Shown one piece after another: positions 39,880 to 48,616 of a DNA stretch of 57,551 nt. A program made the position numbers and the translations under genes. The stretch covers positions 1-57,551 of the forward strand of contig JACTTX010000006.1 in NCBI GenBank assembly GCA_015661005.1. Reading direction: 5' to 3'. The notes beneath the pieces were generated by a model. That model made no database searches. It was given only the letters and a program-made list of their open reading frames with translations, and had not been told where the DNA came from. The DNA comes from Candidatus Magasanikiibacteriota bacterium (GTDB lineage Bacteria; Patescibacteriota; Patescibacteriia; Magasanikbacterales; JACTTX01). How positions within the stretch are numbered: position 1 is the first letter of the stretch; each line of letters begins with the position of its first letter.

Positions 39880-41286
39880 ATGAAACGTTCCGTTCTTTCT
39901 CTCTTGTCCATTGCGCTTATTCTGCCGCTCCTCGGCGTCTCCTGCGCCAAAGCGCCATCCGCCTCTCTCTCCGCTCGCGCCCAACCAATCACCCTTACTT
40001 GGTGGCGTCCCTTTGATGAGCCCGGTGATTTCTCCGCCATCATCAAAAACTACCAAGCCCTCCATCCCAACGTAAACATCGTGGTACGCACGCTCCGGCC
40101 TGAAGAATACGAAAAACTTTTGGTGAACGCCTTGGCTGAAGACCGGGGCCCTGATCTTTTTTCCATTCACAACACTTGGATGGACGCTTACGAACCAAAA
40201 ATCCTCCCCATGCCGCCCGTGGTAGACGTGATTTTTATCACGCAAAGCGGTGGCATCTCCCAAGAAACAACCATTGAAAGCAAAAAAATTCCCACTTTGA
40301 ATTTGCGTCAACTCAAAGATCGCTTTTTGCCGGTAGTGGAAACGGATGTGGTTAGAGATGTGGCTGATGCCACTACCCGTCAAGTAAAACCAACCATTTT
40401 GGGCTTGCCGCTTTCCGTGGACACGTTGGCCATGTTTTACAACAAAGATTTGCTGGCGCAAAATAAAATCGTGTCGCCGCCAGTCAAATGGGATGAATTC
40501 CAGACCGATGCCAAAGCCATTACCAGATTGGATCAAGCTGACAACATTGTGCAATCTGGCGCGGCCTTGGGCAGCGCCAAAAATATATCGCGCAGTCCGG
40601 ATTTAGTGTCATTGCTCATGATGCAAAACGGGGCGGTGATGAGCGCGGCCAATGGCGCCGCGGCTTTTGATCAAACACCGGATAATTTCAGCGGACCGGT
40701 GCCGCCGGGAATTGGCGCTCTGCGCTTCTATACGGATTTCGCCCGCGCCAATAAAGAAGTGTACTCGTGGAATGAAAATCAGGTGGATTCATTGGATGCT
40801 TTTGCCGCCGGAAAAGTTGGTTTCTATTTTGGTTATGCCTACCATTTGCCAATGCTAAAAGCCAAGGCGCCAAAATTGAACTTTGACATTGCCCCGCATC
40901 CGCAATTGGATCCCGAGCATCCGGTTACTTTTGCCAATTATTGGATTGAAACCGTTTCCAAACGCACGAAATTCTCAAACGAGGCCTGGGACTTTCTGAT
41001 TTTCGCCACCGGTCAAGATCAAGTGAAGACATTTTTGGACAGCACGCGTAAACCAACGGCCCTGCGCGCCCTCGTCAGCAGTCAGCTTGATGATTTGGAA
41101 CTCGGCGCCTTTGCGCAAGGACTCATCAACGCTCGTTCGTGGTATCGCGGCAAGGATTCCGCGGCTATGGACGGAATTTTCCGCGATATGATCACGGAAG
41201 CGCTCACCAATGCGGCCACTGATGAAGACAAGGCCTTTGAAGAGGCGCTGAAACGAGCGGTCAGCAGGGTGAATCAGACGTTGTAA
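39880..41286 (+). CDS. Extracellular solute-binding lipoprotein (ABC sugar-binding, family 1-like)
   Basis: Lipobox LLGVSC and an SBP_bac_1-like pattern. No permease or ATPase gene is adjacent. Confidence 0.65.
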   Translation: MKRSVLSLLSIALILPLLGVSCAKAPSASLSARAQPITLTWWRPFDEPGDFSAIIKNYQALHPNVNIVVRTLRPEEYEKLLVNALAEDRGPDLFSIHNTWMDAYEPKILPMPPVVDVIFITQSGGISQETTIESKKIPTLNLRQLKDRFLPVVETDVVRDVADATTRQVKPTILGLPLSVDTLAMFYNKDLLAQNKIVSPPVKWDEFQTDAKAITRLDQADNIVQSGAALGSAKNISRSPDLVSLLMMQNGAVMSAANGAAAFDQTPDNFSGPVPPGIGALRFYTDFARANKEVYSWNENQVDSLDAFAAGKVGFYFGYAYHLPMLKAKAPKLNFDIAPHPQLDPEHPVTFANYWIETVSKRTKFSNEAWDFLIFATGQDQVKTFLDSTRKPTALRALVSSQLDDLELGAFAQGLINARSWYRGKDSAAMDGIFRDMITEALTNAATDEDKAFEEALKRAVSRVNQTL

Positions 41287-41297
41287 AATAGAAGCTG

Positions 41298-41425
41298 GTG
41301 ACTGGCGAATGAAAGGGTGCAAATGTCGTGTTCTCCAATCAAGAACGCCATTTGCACCCTTTCATTCGCCAGTCACTGTAGCGTTCTTGTTCTTAAGAAA
41401 CACGACATTTGCCGGTAACTATTCA
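41298..41425. repeat. Composite REP/MITE-like locus: full palindrome 4a (41298-41376, variant A) plus half-element 4b (41377-41425, variant B, reversed)
   Basis: 4a is GGTGACTGGCGAATGAAAGGGTGCAAATGTCGTGTTCTCCAATCAAGAACGCCATTTGCACCCTTTCATTCGCCAGTCAC. 4b is ..GCGTTCTTGTTCTTAAGAAACACGACATTTGCCGGTAACTATTC. Confidence 0.85.
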
Positions 41426-41471
41426 ACTCCGACTTCCAGTCTCCAGCTTTCAGCTTCATTCCCCAACCTCT

Positions 41472-42209
41472 ATGCCACTTACTGAAAAACAAAACAATCT
41501 CCACCGCGGCGCTTTCATCGCGCTTTGCTTTCTTGCTTTCACCTTTTCCCTCCTGCCCTCTTCCACCTCCGCCGCCGGACTTCTGCCAACACCCACCGGC
41601 CGTTGCCGTGAGGATTATGCGAGCGCCAATCCAACGGCCAACACCTGCAAAGCCGGAAAATGCGCTGACGGCAAGGATTGCGATTATGCCTTGAACGATT
41701 TCAAATCATTGATCGCGGTGATTGGAAATTATATCCTTGGCATTTCCGGTTCCATTGTGCTTTTGATGTTTATTTATGGCGGACTGACGTGGTTGCTATC
41801 CGCGGGCTCGGCGGAAAAAATTGGCAAAGGAAAAAAAATCATCTTTGGATCAAGCATTGGGCTCATTCTGATTTTTGGCGCCGTTACCTTGATCCGCGTT
41901 GTACTGCAATCAGTGGGCGCGCCGGAAGAATTTCAACAACAGGTGATTGGCGGCGGAGCGGGCGCCAAACCCGCGGCGCCAACACCAACGTTTGCCTGTT
42001 GCGTTACGAAAAATAAAATTACGGAATTGACCGGCAATCAGGCCTGCACCGGCGGAAAAAAATACAATGATCTCCACTGCGATGGTATTGTCTGTTGTCG
42101 TCCGCCGTCAGGCCCGCCGGAAGTCATTCCTGAAAATGAATGCGCGATTGAAGGATCTACAAAAACCGACTTTGACGGATCGCCGGCTTTCGTACAAAAT
42201 TGCAAATAA
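41472..42209 (+). CDS. TrbC/VirB2-like (T4SS-type) pilin paralogue with Cys-rich N- and C-terminal extensions
   Basis: Signal/TM segment, then core GSIVLLMFIYGGLTWLLSAGSAEKIGKGKKIIFGSSIGLILIFGAV. The C-terminal tail contains 7 Cys. Confidence 0.65.
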   Translation: MPLTEKQNNLHRGAFIALCFLAFTFSLLPSSTSAAGLLPTPTGRCREDYASANPTANTCKAGKCADGKDCDYALNDFKSLIAVIGNYILGISGSIVLLMFIYGGLTWLLSAGSAEKIGKGKKIIFGSSIGLILIFGAVTLIRVVLQSVGAPEEFQQQVIGGGAGAKPAAPTPTFACCVTKNKITELTGNQACTGGKKYNDLHCDGIVCCRPPSGPPEVIPENECAIEGSTKTDFDGSPAFVQNCK

Positions 42210-42261
42210 ATCTACGCGGATCTGGTATAATGTGAGAAACATCTCTACGCTTCAGTGAAAT

Positions 42262-42867
42262 ATGATGAAACATTCTTTAGCCATAATCGCATTTTTCTTT
42301 GGCATTGCCCTGTTATTGCCGTTATCTTATGCCGAAGCCGGGTGCTGTCTTAATATCAACGACACAACCTGCGAGACGTCTGTTGAGAGTGTTTGCAAGT
42401 CAAAAGGTTTTAATTTTCTTTACAACGCTAACACATGTGAAGAGGCAGCTTGGACAATTGTGAAAAACAATTATGTCTGTCCGACGTCATCTCCACCCCC
42501 ACCACCAACTTCACCACCACCCCCACCACCAACTTCACCACCAACTCCAAAACCCACTGGTGGCGGTTCGTCCGGGGGAGGCACCAGCGCCAGCGGCGCT
42601 GTCACGCTGACCGACCCTTTAAATCTTGGAGACACACCAATCCCAACACTTGTCGGCCGCGTCATTAAAGCATTGCTTGGCGTCATTGGCGCGCTCGCGC
42701 TTCTGATGTTTGTCTATGGCGGCTTCCTGTGGATGACATCTTTCGGTAATAATGAGAAAATAAAGGAGGGGAAAAACATTGTCATCTGGACAACCATTGG
42801 CATCACCACCATCTTTGCGAGCTATGCCTTGGTTTCATTTGTGATTGAAGGATTGACCACCAAGTAG
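42262..42867 (+). CDS. TrbC/VirB2-like pilin paralogue with Cys-rich head and Pro-rich linker
   Basis: Signal peptide. Six Cys in the first 70 residues. Linker SSPPPPPTSPPPPPPTSPPTPKPTGGGSSGGG. Core LLMFVYGGFLWMTSFGNNEKIKEGK. Confidence 0.65.
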   Translation: MMKHSLAIIAFFFGIALLLPLSYAEAGCCLNINDTTCETSVESVCKSKGFNFLYNANTCEEAAWTIVKNNYVCPTSSPPPPPTSPPPPPPTSPPTPKPTGGGSSGGGTSASGAVTLTDPLNLGDTPIPTLVGRVIKALLGVIGALALLMFVYGGFLWMTSFGNNEKIKEGKNIVIWTTIGITTIFASYALVSFVIEGLTTK

Positions 42868-42918
42868 ATTCATTAATTTACTAACTATGCACATTAAAAC
42901 ACGAAAGGAGGTGAGAAT

Positions 42919-43267
42919 ATGAACGCATTAACTCTTAAAAAGTTTGGCGCGGTGGCCGCTTCAACTGCCGTTTTGGCTTTGGGCGTAATCACTCCGGCCT
43001 TGGCGCAGGTTGGCGGAACCACAGATGAACAGGGCTCGCTCGGACTCGGGACAATTCAAACCGAAGCCGGCTTTGGCCAAAAAAATCTTTACGCCACCGT
43101 CGGCTCGCTGATCAGAGTGGCGCTGTCTCTTCTGCGATGCCAAGAAACTCTTGATCGCCGGTGTCATTGGTATGCTGATCATTCTCTCGGCCTTTGCCAT
43201 CACCACGTTCGTTCTTGGGTCTTTGCAAAAAGCTACAGGCGCGGGCTTCACCGTTCCTGGCGCATAA
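42919..43267 (+). pseudogene. TrbC/VirB2-like pilin paralogue with internal deletion and frameshift
   Basis: N-terminal frame reads ..LYATVGSLIRVALSLL. From about 43135 a second frame reads DAKKLLIAGVIGMLIILSAFAITTFVLGSL..GA*. The central (L/F)(V/I)YGG(F/L).WM..-..EK segment shared by the paralogues is missing. Confidence 0.65.
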
Positions 43268-43295
43268 TGACGAGGCCTCGTCACTATGGTATACT
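43267..43295 (+). promoter_or_regulatory. Candidate extended -10 promoter
   Basis: ATGACG, 17-nt spacer, then TATACT preceded by TGG (TGnTATACT). Confidence 0.45.
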
Positions 43296-43458
43296 AACAA
43301 GCAGGTTAATCCCCTGCTTGTTTAATTCTAGGACTGATGCGTTTGGCGAACTGCTTCGTCAAAATCTGTGCTACTCGCTCTGTGTATTCCAAATACACGT
43401 CGCTCCGTTGCTCGGTTTTTCCTCGCATTTCATCCAAACGCATCAGTCCTAAAATACT
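43296..43458 (+). ncRNA. Structured 5' leader upstream of pilin gene 43459
   Basis: Hairpin AACAAGCAGG-ttaatcc-CCTGCTTGTT (43296-43322). Perfect 18-nt inverted repeat TAGGACTGATGCGTTTGG / CCAAACGCATCAGTCCTA (43329-43346 / 43434-43451) enclosing inner hairpin GTGTATT-cca-AATACAC. Confidence 0.45.
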
Positions 43459-43878
43459 ATGAAACTTTTAAGGTGGCTATTCGCAATCACTTTTGGCCTG
43501 CAAATTTTGACAGCCATTCCGGTATTGGCGGCTGATGCGGCCAATGATTATGGTTTGGGAACAGCCGCCGCCGGGGCCGGCATTATAAAAAATAAAGAGG
43601 ATGCCACCAAAGGCGGCGCGGGATTGGCGGAGCTTTCCGGCCGGGTGATTCGCGCCGCTCTCACCATCATTGGCGTCGTGTTTCTTTTGCTTATGGTCTA
43701 TGGCGGATTTATCTGGATGATCGCGCGGGGAGATAAAGAAAAAGTTAAAGAAGGCCGCGATACCATTGTGAACGCCACTATTGGATTGGTACTGGTTTTG
43801 GCCGCTTACGCCATCACCCAGTTCATCTTCACTTCATTTGTTGCCAACGTAGTGAGCGGCGGCCCGGCCGCGCCGTAA
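43459..43878 (+). CDS. TrbC/VirB2-like pilin paralogue
   Basis: Signal peptide and core VFLLLMVYGGFIWMIARGDKEKVKEGR...GLVLVLAAYAITQF. Confidence 0.7.
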   Translation: MKLLRWLFAITFGLQILTAIPVLAADAANDYGLGTAAAGAGIIKNKEDATKGGAGLAELSGRVIRAALTIIGVVFLLLMVYGGFIWMIARGDKEKVKEGRDTIVNATIGLVLVLAAYAITQFIFTSFVANVVSGGPAAP

Positions 43879-43879
43879 T

Positions 43880-44224
43880 ATGGCTGATCCTCTTGCTCAA
43901 GCGACGCCGGGCGCCTACCAAGCGTCCGCAGAAAATCTTAAAACCGCGGGCAACTTTATTTTTGGAACCGAAGCGACTAAACTTGACTTGGCGACCCTTG
44001 TGGGTAACTTGATTCGCGCGGCTCTGCTCCTTCTTGGTATAATCTTTTTGGGGTTGATTGTTTACGCCGGATATCTCTGGATGACCGCCGCCGGCCAAGA
44101 AGAAAAAATCACGGAAGCTAAAAAGACCCTGATTCGCGCGAGCATTGGCATGGCCATTGTGCTCGGTTCCTACGCCATAACTAACTTTGTCATTAGCGGC
44201 CTCATTGAGGCCACAATTAAATAA
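43880..44224 (+). CDS. TrbC/VirB2-like pilin paralogue
   Basis: Core IFLGLIVYAGYLWMTAAGQEEKITEAKK...GMAIVLGSYAITNF. Confidence 0.7.
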   Translation: MADPLAQATPGAYQASAENLKTAGNFIFGTEATKLDLATLVGNLIRAALLLLGIIFLGLIVYAGYLWMTAAGQEEKITEAKKTLIRASIGMAIVLGSYAITNFVISGLIEATIK

Positions 44225-44232
44225 ACAATTCT

Positions 44233-44625
44233 ATGAAACTAAGTCACACGATTATTAAATGGGGATCGGTCATTGGCGTGGGAGGAATGATGTTGTTGTC
44301 TGGAATTACGGCGCATGCGCAGACGCTGGAAGCTGACATCACAGGTCAGCTCGGGGCAGTCCAATCAAAGACCGGGCTTGGCGATACACCTCTGGCAGAG
44401 ACAATCGGCTCCATCATTAGAGCCGCTTTGACGCTTCTTGGCGTTATTCTCATTGTTCTTATTGTTTACGCCGGTTTTCTTTGGATGACGGCCGCCGGGG
44501 AATCGGAAAAAATTGAATCGGCAAAAAAAATACTGAAAGGCGCCATTATTGGCATGGCCATTACCCTTTCGGCCTACGCGCTTACAAACTTCGTGGTTAC
44601 CAACCTCGTGAAAGCAACAGCTTAA
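44233..44625 (+). CDS. TrbC/VirB2-like pilin paralogue
   Basis: Signal peptide and core LIVLIVYAGFLWMTAAGESEKIESAKK...GMAITLSAYALTNF. Confidence 0.7.
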   Translation: MKLSHTIIKWGSVIGVGGMMLLSGITAHAQTLEADITGQLGAVQSKTGLGDTPLAETIGSIIRAALTLLGVILIVLIVYAGFLWMTAAGESEKIESAKKILKGAIIGMAITLSAYALTNFVVTNLVKATA

Positions 44626-44643
44626 TACACAATAATATGAATG

Positions 44644-44678
44644 AAGAAACGGCCTATTTGGGTCGTTTCTTTTTTTTG
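44644..44678 (+). terminator. Intrinsic terminator of the pilin array
   Basis: AAGAAACGGCC-tatttg-GGTCGTTTCTT followed by a T-run. Confidence 0.7.
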
Positions 44679-44715
44679 TTTTTGGAGCACAGAACCGTAT
44701 CTCCCTGATTTCTAT

Positions 44716-45786
44716 TCATCGCGCTAATTTCTTTTTGAAATAATCAACCCACTTGGTCCCAACCGGATCAATTTTATGAAGAGCCGCCAGATATAAACTC
44801 ACAAATTCACCGGCTACCAAGGCATAGGCCGCGCTCTCTACCCGGCTCTTTCCCGGAAAGATTACGGTCTTGGTGGCATAACCCTCTTTTTCCGCCACCT
44901 CACGCGTGAGTTTGATCCTTTGGGAAATGGGCGCGGCCGGAACTTCTGATGTTACAAAAACAATTCCCAGATCTTTGGGCGCTGATTTTGGAAATCCCAA
45001 GCCCTCCAAAAGATGATGATTGAGCTCCGGCAAACGGAACATTACGGCAAAATGCTTGGCGCTTTCATTGATCTGGTTCACCGTGGCGTGCACAACGCCG
45101 GATAAAGACTTTCGCGTTACAAAAATTCCGGCGCGATTTTCCAAAAACACGGCTAATTGTTTAGCCGGATTTTTGGCCAAGGGAACGGCGGGATTATAAA
45201 GTTTGTAAGCGGAGCGCAAAGAGTTTATAAATTTTTTCATCTCGGCGTTGCCAATATCCAGAATGCCGGTGCGGGAGAGGATGGCAGTTGTGGCCGCCAA
45301 ACCATAACCAACAGCCATTCGCGGCACGCCAGCGGGATTAAATATTGGGGTGAAACGATAAACCGGCTGGCCTTCCGCTTCTATAACATCCGCCAACGGG
45401 CCGCCAGTTGCAATCAGGACGCGTTTTTTTGTTTTCTTGCCGACCTCTCGGGCGGCGCTGATTGTTTCCTCCGTGGATCCAGAGTAAGAAACCAAAAGTA
45501 CCAGCGTATCCTCATTGACCCAAGCGGGCGTGAAATAGTCATTCCAAATTTCTACCGGCTTTTTAAGAGCGCTCGCAAAAGTGGAGAGAGCAATGTGCGG
45601 CCCGAGCCCGGAGCCGCCCATACCGGCAATCAGCGCGTTTTTGCATTTTTTGTAAGACGCCGGAATTTTGATGGCGCCGGCTTCTTTCCATGCTTGCTCG
45701 CATTGATTGGGGAGTTCTTGAATGGAGCCAAGCATCTTCAGAAGCCCGCCGCCGCGGAAAGTTTGCGGTTGGTCAAGGAGGTTCAT
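44716..45786 (-). CDS. Bifunctional phosphoglucose/phosphomannose isomerase (SIS-domain, archaeal type)
   Basis: AGMGGSGLGPHI and VSYSGSTEETI. The start at M40 (45786) avoids the palindromic repeat. Confidence 0.7.
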   Translation of the reverse strand: MNLLDQPQTFRGGGLLKMLGSIQELPNQCEQAWKEAGAIKIPASYKKCKNALIAGMGGSGLGPHIALSTFASALKKPVEIWNDYFTPAWVNEDTLVLLVSYSGSTEETISAAREVGKKTKKRVLIATGGPLADVIEAEGQPVYRFTPIFNPAGVPRMAVGYGLAATTAILSRTGILDIGNAEMKKFINSLRSAYKLYNPAVPLAKNPAKQLAVFLENRAGIFVTRKSLSGVVHATVNQINESAKHFAVMFRLPELNHHLLEGLGFPKSAPKDLGIVFVTSEVPAAPISQRIKLTREVAEKEGYATKTVIFPGKSRVESAAYALVAGEFVSLYLAALHKIDPVGTKWVDYFKKKLAR

Positions 45787-45823
45787 GGAGACAGTATAAC
45801 ATGGAAGCTGGAGACTGGAATCT

Positions 45824-45950
45824 GGTGATCGGCGAATGGAAGGGCGCAAATATCGTTCTTGATTGGAGAACACGATATTTGTACCCTTCCATTCGCCGAT
45901 CACTGTGATGTTCTTGTTCTAAGCAACACGACATTTGCCGTTCACTGTTC
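45824..45950. repeat. Composite REP/MITE-like locus: palindrome 5a (45824-45903, variant A, apex inverted relative to 4a) plus half-element 5b (45904-45950)
   Basis: 5a is GGTGATCGGCGAATGGAAGGGCGCAAATATCGTTCTTGATTGGAGAACACGATATTTGTACCCTTCCATTCGCCGATCAC. 5b is ..GATGTTCTTGTTCTAAGCAACACGACATTTGCCGTTCACTGTTC. Confidence 0.85.
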
Positions 45951-46021
45951 TCTTTTCTTTCATCGCTCTTCCCCCATTTTTATGCATTCTCAATTCTGTA
46001 TTCTATGTTATACTCCCCTAT

Positions 46022-46501
46022 ATGTGGCACATCCCTCGTGAACTTCCGCATCCCAAGGATCGCTTAGGGCTTATCGCGATTGACTCAAGAACCGCCAAAT
46101 TTTACATTGCCAATGAGGACGTGATTGAAGAGATAAGCGAACTCAACTACACCGAACCGGAAAAACACGGTCGGCAAGGTTTTTTTATGGCGCGCGCCAG
46201 CGGGATTGTGATGAGAAGCGGCACGCTGGATGATTATCGTTCGGAAAAAGAGCGGCGCCGTTTTTTCTTTCATCAAGTCGCTGACGATCTTTTGAAACGG
46301 CGAACGCGCGGAGAATTTGACGGCCTCGTAATTTTTGTTGCCAAAGAATACAAAAAACTTTTTGATGAAGCGCTGAACCCGGCAGTGCGGCAGACAATCG
46401 TGAAACAAGTGGTGGGAGATTTTGTGCACACCCATCCCTGTGATCTGCTCAAAAAAATCAAAACCGGACAGGCGGCCGGCGGAGCTTATAAAAAGAAGTA
46501 A
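46022..46501 (+). CDS. Hypothetical protein, possibly host-attachment/baeRF (eRF1-like) family
   Basis: There is weak pattern similarity only (LIAIDSRTAKFYIA ... LVIFVAKEYKKLFDEAL ... VGDFVH). Confidence 0.3.
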   Translation: MWHIPRELPHPKDRLGLIAIDSRTAKFYIANEDVIEEISELNYTEPEKHGRQGFFMARASGIVMRSGTLDDYRSEKERRRFFFHQVADDLLKRRTRGEFDGLVIFVAKEYKKLFDEALNPAVRQTIVKQVVGDFVHTHPCDLLKKIKTGQAAGGAYKKK

Positions 46502-46593
46502 CGAATACAAAGATCCCGTGTATATTCTATATGAAAGCGTGCCAAGTGAGGTCGACATTTGGCGTAAATAAACACCCATAAACACATACATAT

Positions 46594-47268
46594 ATGAAAA
46601 AATTTGCACCAGCATTGATTACGGCTCTGGCCTTGATGACGGCCGCGCCGGCTTTGGCGGTTGAGGACGGATCAGCCGTTAGCGCCGTGAAAGTGGAGGC
46701 GTCGTCAGCGGAAGTAACCGCCGCCGCGCAAAATCTTGACGCCTTGCGCGCCAAAAGAAAAGATCTTCTGAATCAGCTTGAAGCGCTCAACAAAGAAATC
46801 CGCCGTGCGGAAATCGGTCATGTTGAAGCCAAGATGAAAGACCGCGTGGAAAAAGCGCGTAAAAATCTTCTGAAACGGGAAGCCGTTCAGAAGGCGCAGG
46901 TTGAATATCTGAAGGCCAAAGAAGCGGCTCGTCAGACCTACTTGAAAGAAATGAAAGATGCGCGCGTGGCCTTTGATAAAGCGCAGACCGACGCCAAAAC
47001 GGCTTATGACACTGCGGCCAAAGCGGCTCGCGATGCCAAAGATGAAGCGGCAATGAAAGCCGCCAAGGACGTTTTGAATGCCGCTCGTGAAAAAGCGCGC
47101 GACGCTTTTGAAGCGGCCAAGAAAGCGGCTCAAGACAAATTTGAAGCGGCTAAGAACGCCGCCAAAGACGCTTTTGAAGCGGCTAAAGAAGCGGCCAAAA
47201 ATGTGATTCCGGCGCCAGCTCCGGCACCGGTTCCCGCTCCGGCAACAACTACGCCAAGCGCGCAGTAA
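46594..47268 (+). CDS. Secreted Ala/Lys/Glu-rich coiled-coil repeat protein
   Basis: Signal peptide MKKFAPALITALALMTAAPALA. Reiterated AAKDAFEAAKKAAQDKFEAAKNAAKDAFEAAKEAAK. PAPAPAPVPAP tail. Confidence 0.6.
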   Translation: MKKFAPALITALALMTAAPALAVEDGSAVSAVKVEASSAEVTAAAQNLDALRAKRKDLLNQLEALNKEIRRAEIGHVEAKMKDRVEKARKNLLKREAVQKAQVEYLKAKEAARQTYLKEMKDARVAFDKAQTDAKTAYDTAAKAARDAKDEAAMKAAKDVLNAAREKARDAFEAAKKAAQDKFEAAKNAAKDAFEAAKEAAKNVIPAPAPAPVPAPATTTPSAQ

Positions 47269-47284
47269 AATTGCCGTGGGCAAA

Positions 47285-47319
47285 AAACAAACCAGACCCT
47301 TTGGGGTCTGATTTGTTTT
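47285..47319. terminator. Hairpin terminator between the coiled-coil gene and tRNA-His
   Basis: AAACAAACCAGACCC-tttg-GGGTCTGATTTGTTT followed by T's. Confidence 0.65.
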
Positions 47320-47394
47320 TGGGGTGGCCAGAGAGAATCGAACTCTCGACAACGGGACCACAACCCGCTGTTTTACCACTAAACTATGGCCACC
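47320..47394 (-). tRNA. tRNA-His (GTG) with encoded G-1 and CCA
   Basis: The reverse complement reads G-GUGGCCA...anticodon loop UUGUGGU...GGUUCGAUUCUC...UGGCCAC-C-CCA. Confidence 0.9.
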
Positions 47395-47537
47395 ATATTC
47401 GGGGAACGCGGACAATTGACCCCGCTCAAAGCTATCACCATGGCTAAACAGGCGAAACAATTGTGCCGGAAAAAAATACCGCTGTCAATCGCGCTCATGG
47501 AGACCGTTCTAAAACTGAATCCCCCGTTTTAGAACGG

Positions 47538-48611
47538 TCACTTCACACCATTATGCCAATGCCGGTTGGCGCCCATATCAACGAGGGCCAAAAAAATCAC
47601 CACGATGAGCGGCCCATAAAGGATCCCCAAAATGCCAAAAAGTTTCAAACCGCCGAGAATGCTCAACAACACCAACAAGGGGTGGACGTTTATTTTGGAG
47701 CCAATCAATTTTGGTTTGATAAAATTATCAACCGTTGAGGTAATCAAAATGTTGTAAAGCAAAAATCCCAAAATTAACGCGATTGGTTTCCCGACGGCAA
47801 TCATATATATCGTCGCTGGCAGGAAAATCAAATATGGACCCAGGAGCGGAATCAACGCCAAAAATCCCATCACCGTTCCCCAGAGAACCGGCGAGCCGAC
47901 ACCGAACATCAAAAAGCCGAGACCGCCGATCACCCCTTGGCTCAAAGCCGACACCAGATTACCAATGAAGACGGCTTTCCCGGCCGATTTAAAGGTCTCA
48001 AAAATATGAATTTCGTCGCTCGTTTTAAGCGGACTCAAAGCCAAGAGGAATTTCCCCAAAGCGCGGCCATCGCGCAAAAGATAAAACAGCGTCACGGCCA
48101 TGATGAAAAATTTGAAAAAGAAATTAAGGATATTGGAGAGGATGTTTCCAATCTGATGCGAGATATAGAGCCCAATATTTTTGGCGGCCGGCACAATATA
48201 CGCCTGCAAAAAAGTGTCAGCATCAAAATTTTTCTCTCCAATGACGGCGCGAATTCCTCGGGCTACGACGTTATTGCTCTGAAGGAAAGACGCAACTTGT
48301 TCCGTGTTCAATTCATCGCGGGTCTTGGCAAAGAGCACGCCCGCTTCATTCAATAGCGAATTCATCAAAAAAATGAACGGCAAGACAATAAAAACAATTG
48401 TCGCCAAAACAACGGTCAAGGCCGCCAAATTCCGACGACCGCGAAAAATTTTCACAATATGCTCGTAAAGCGGCGCGCCGATGGCGGCGAGGACAGCGGC
48501 AATGACGAGCGGCGTCACAAATCCAAAAAGCAAGGCCATGACCAGAAATAAAAATATGACCATCATTCCTGTCAAAAATTGCGGGCCGTATTTTGAAGTG
48601 CTAAAGGACAT
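47538..48611 (-). CDS. AI-2E family transporter (PerM/UPF0118)
   Basis: About 8 TM segments and a C-terminal PLLVLLSILGG...GILGILYGP pattern. Confidence 0.7.
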   Translation of the reverse strand: MSFSTSKYGPQFLTGMMVIFLFLVMALLFGFVTPLVIAAVLAAIGAPLYEHIVKIFRGRRNLAALTVVLATIVFIVLPFIFLMNSLLNEAGVLFAKTRDELNTEQVASFLQSNNVVARGIRAVIGEKNFDADTFLQAYIVPAAKNIGLYISHQIGNILSNILNFFFKFFIMAVTLFYLLRDGRALGKFLLALSPLKTSDEIHIFETFKSAGKAVFIGNLVSALSQGVIGGLGFLMFGVGSPVLWGTVMGFLALIPLLGPYLIFLPATIYMIAVGKPIALILGFLLYNILITSTVDNFIKPKLIGSKINVHPLLVLLSILGGLKLFGILGILYGPLIVVIFLALVDMGANRHWHNGVK

Positions 48612-48616
48612 ATTTT

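Noticed and set aside
42919-43452. The 177-aa ORF taken as an intact gene.
   Set aside because: After about residue 72 the translation loses all pilin similarity, while another frame restores the pilin C-terminal helix and stops at 43267. The long ORF is read-through of a frameshifted pseudogene into the structured leader.
46705-47460. 251-aa minus-strand ORF. The same applies to 39721..40554, 45157..45828, 22480..22986 and 24148..24687.
   Set aside because: They are antisense to genes with clear signatures. The 46705..47460 ORF also runs through tRNA-His. They are artefacts of composition and repeats.
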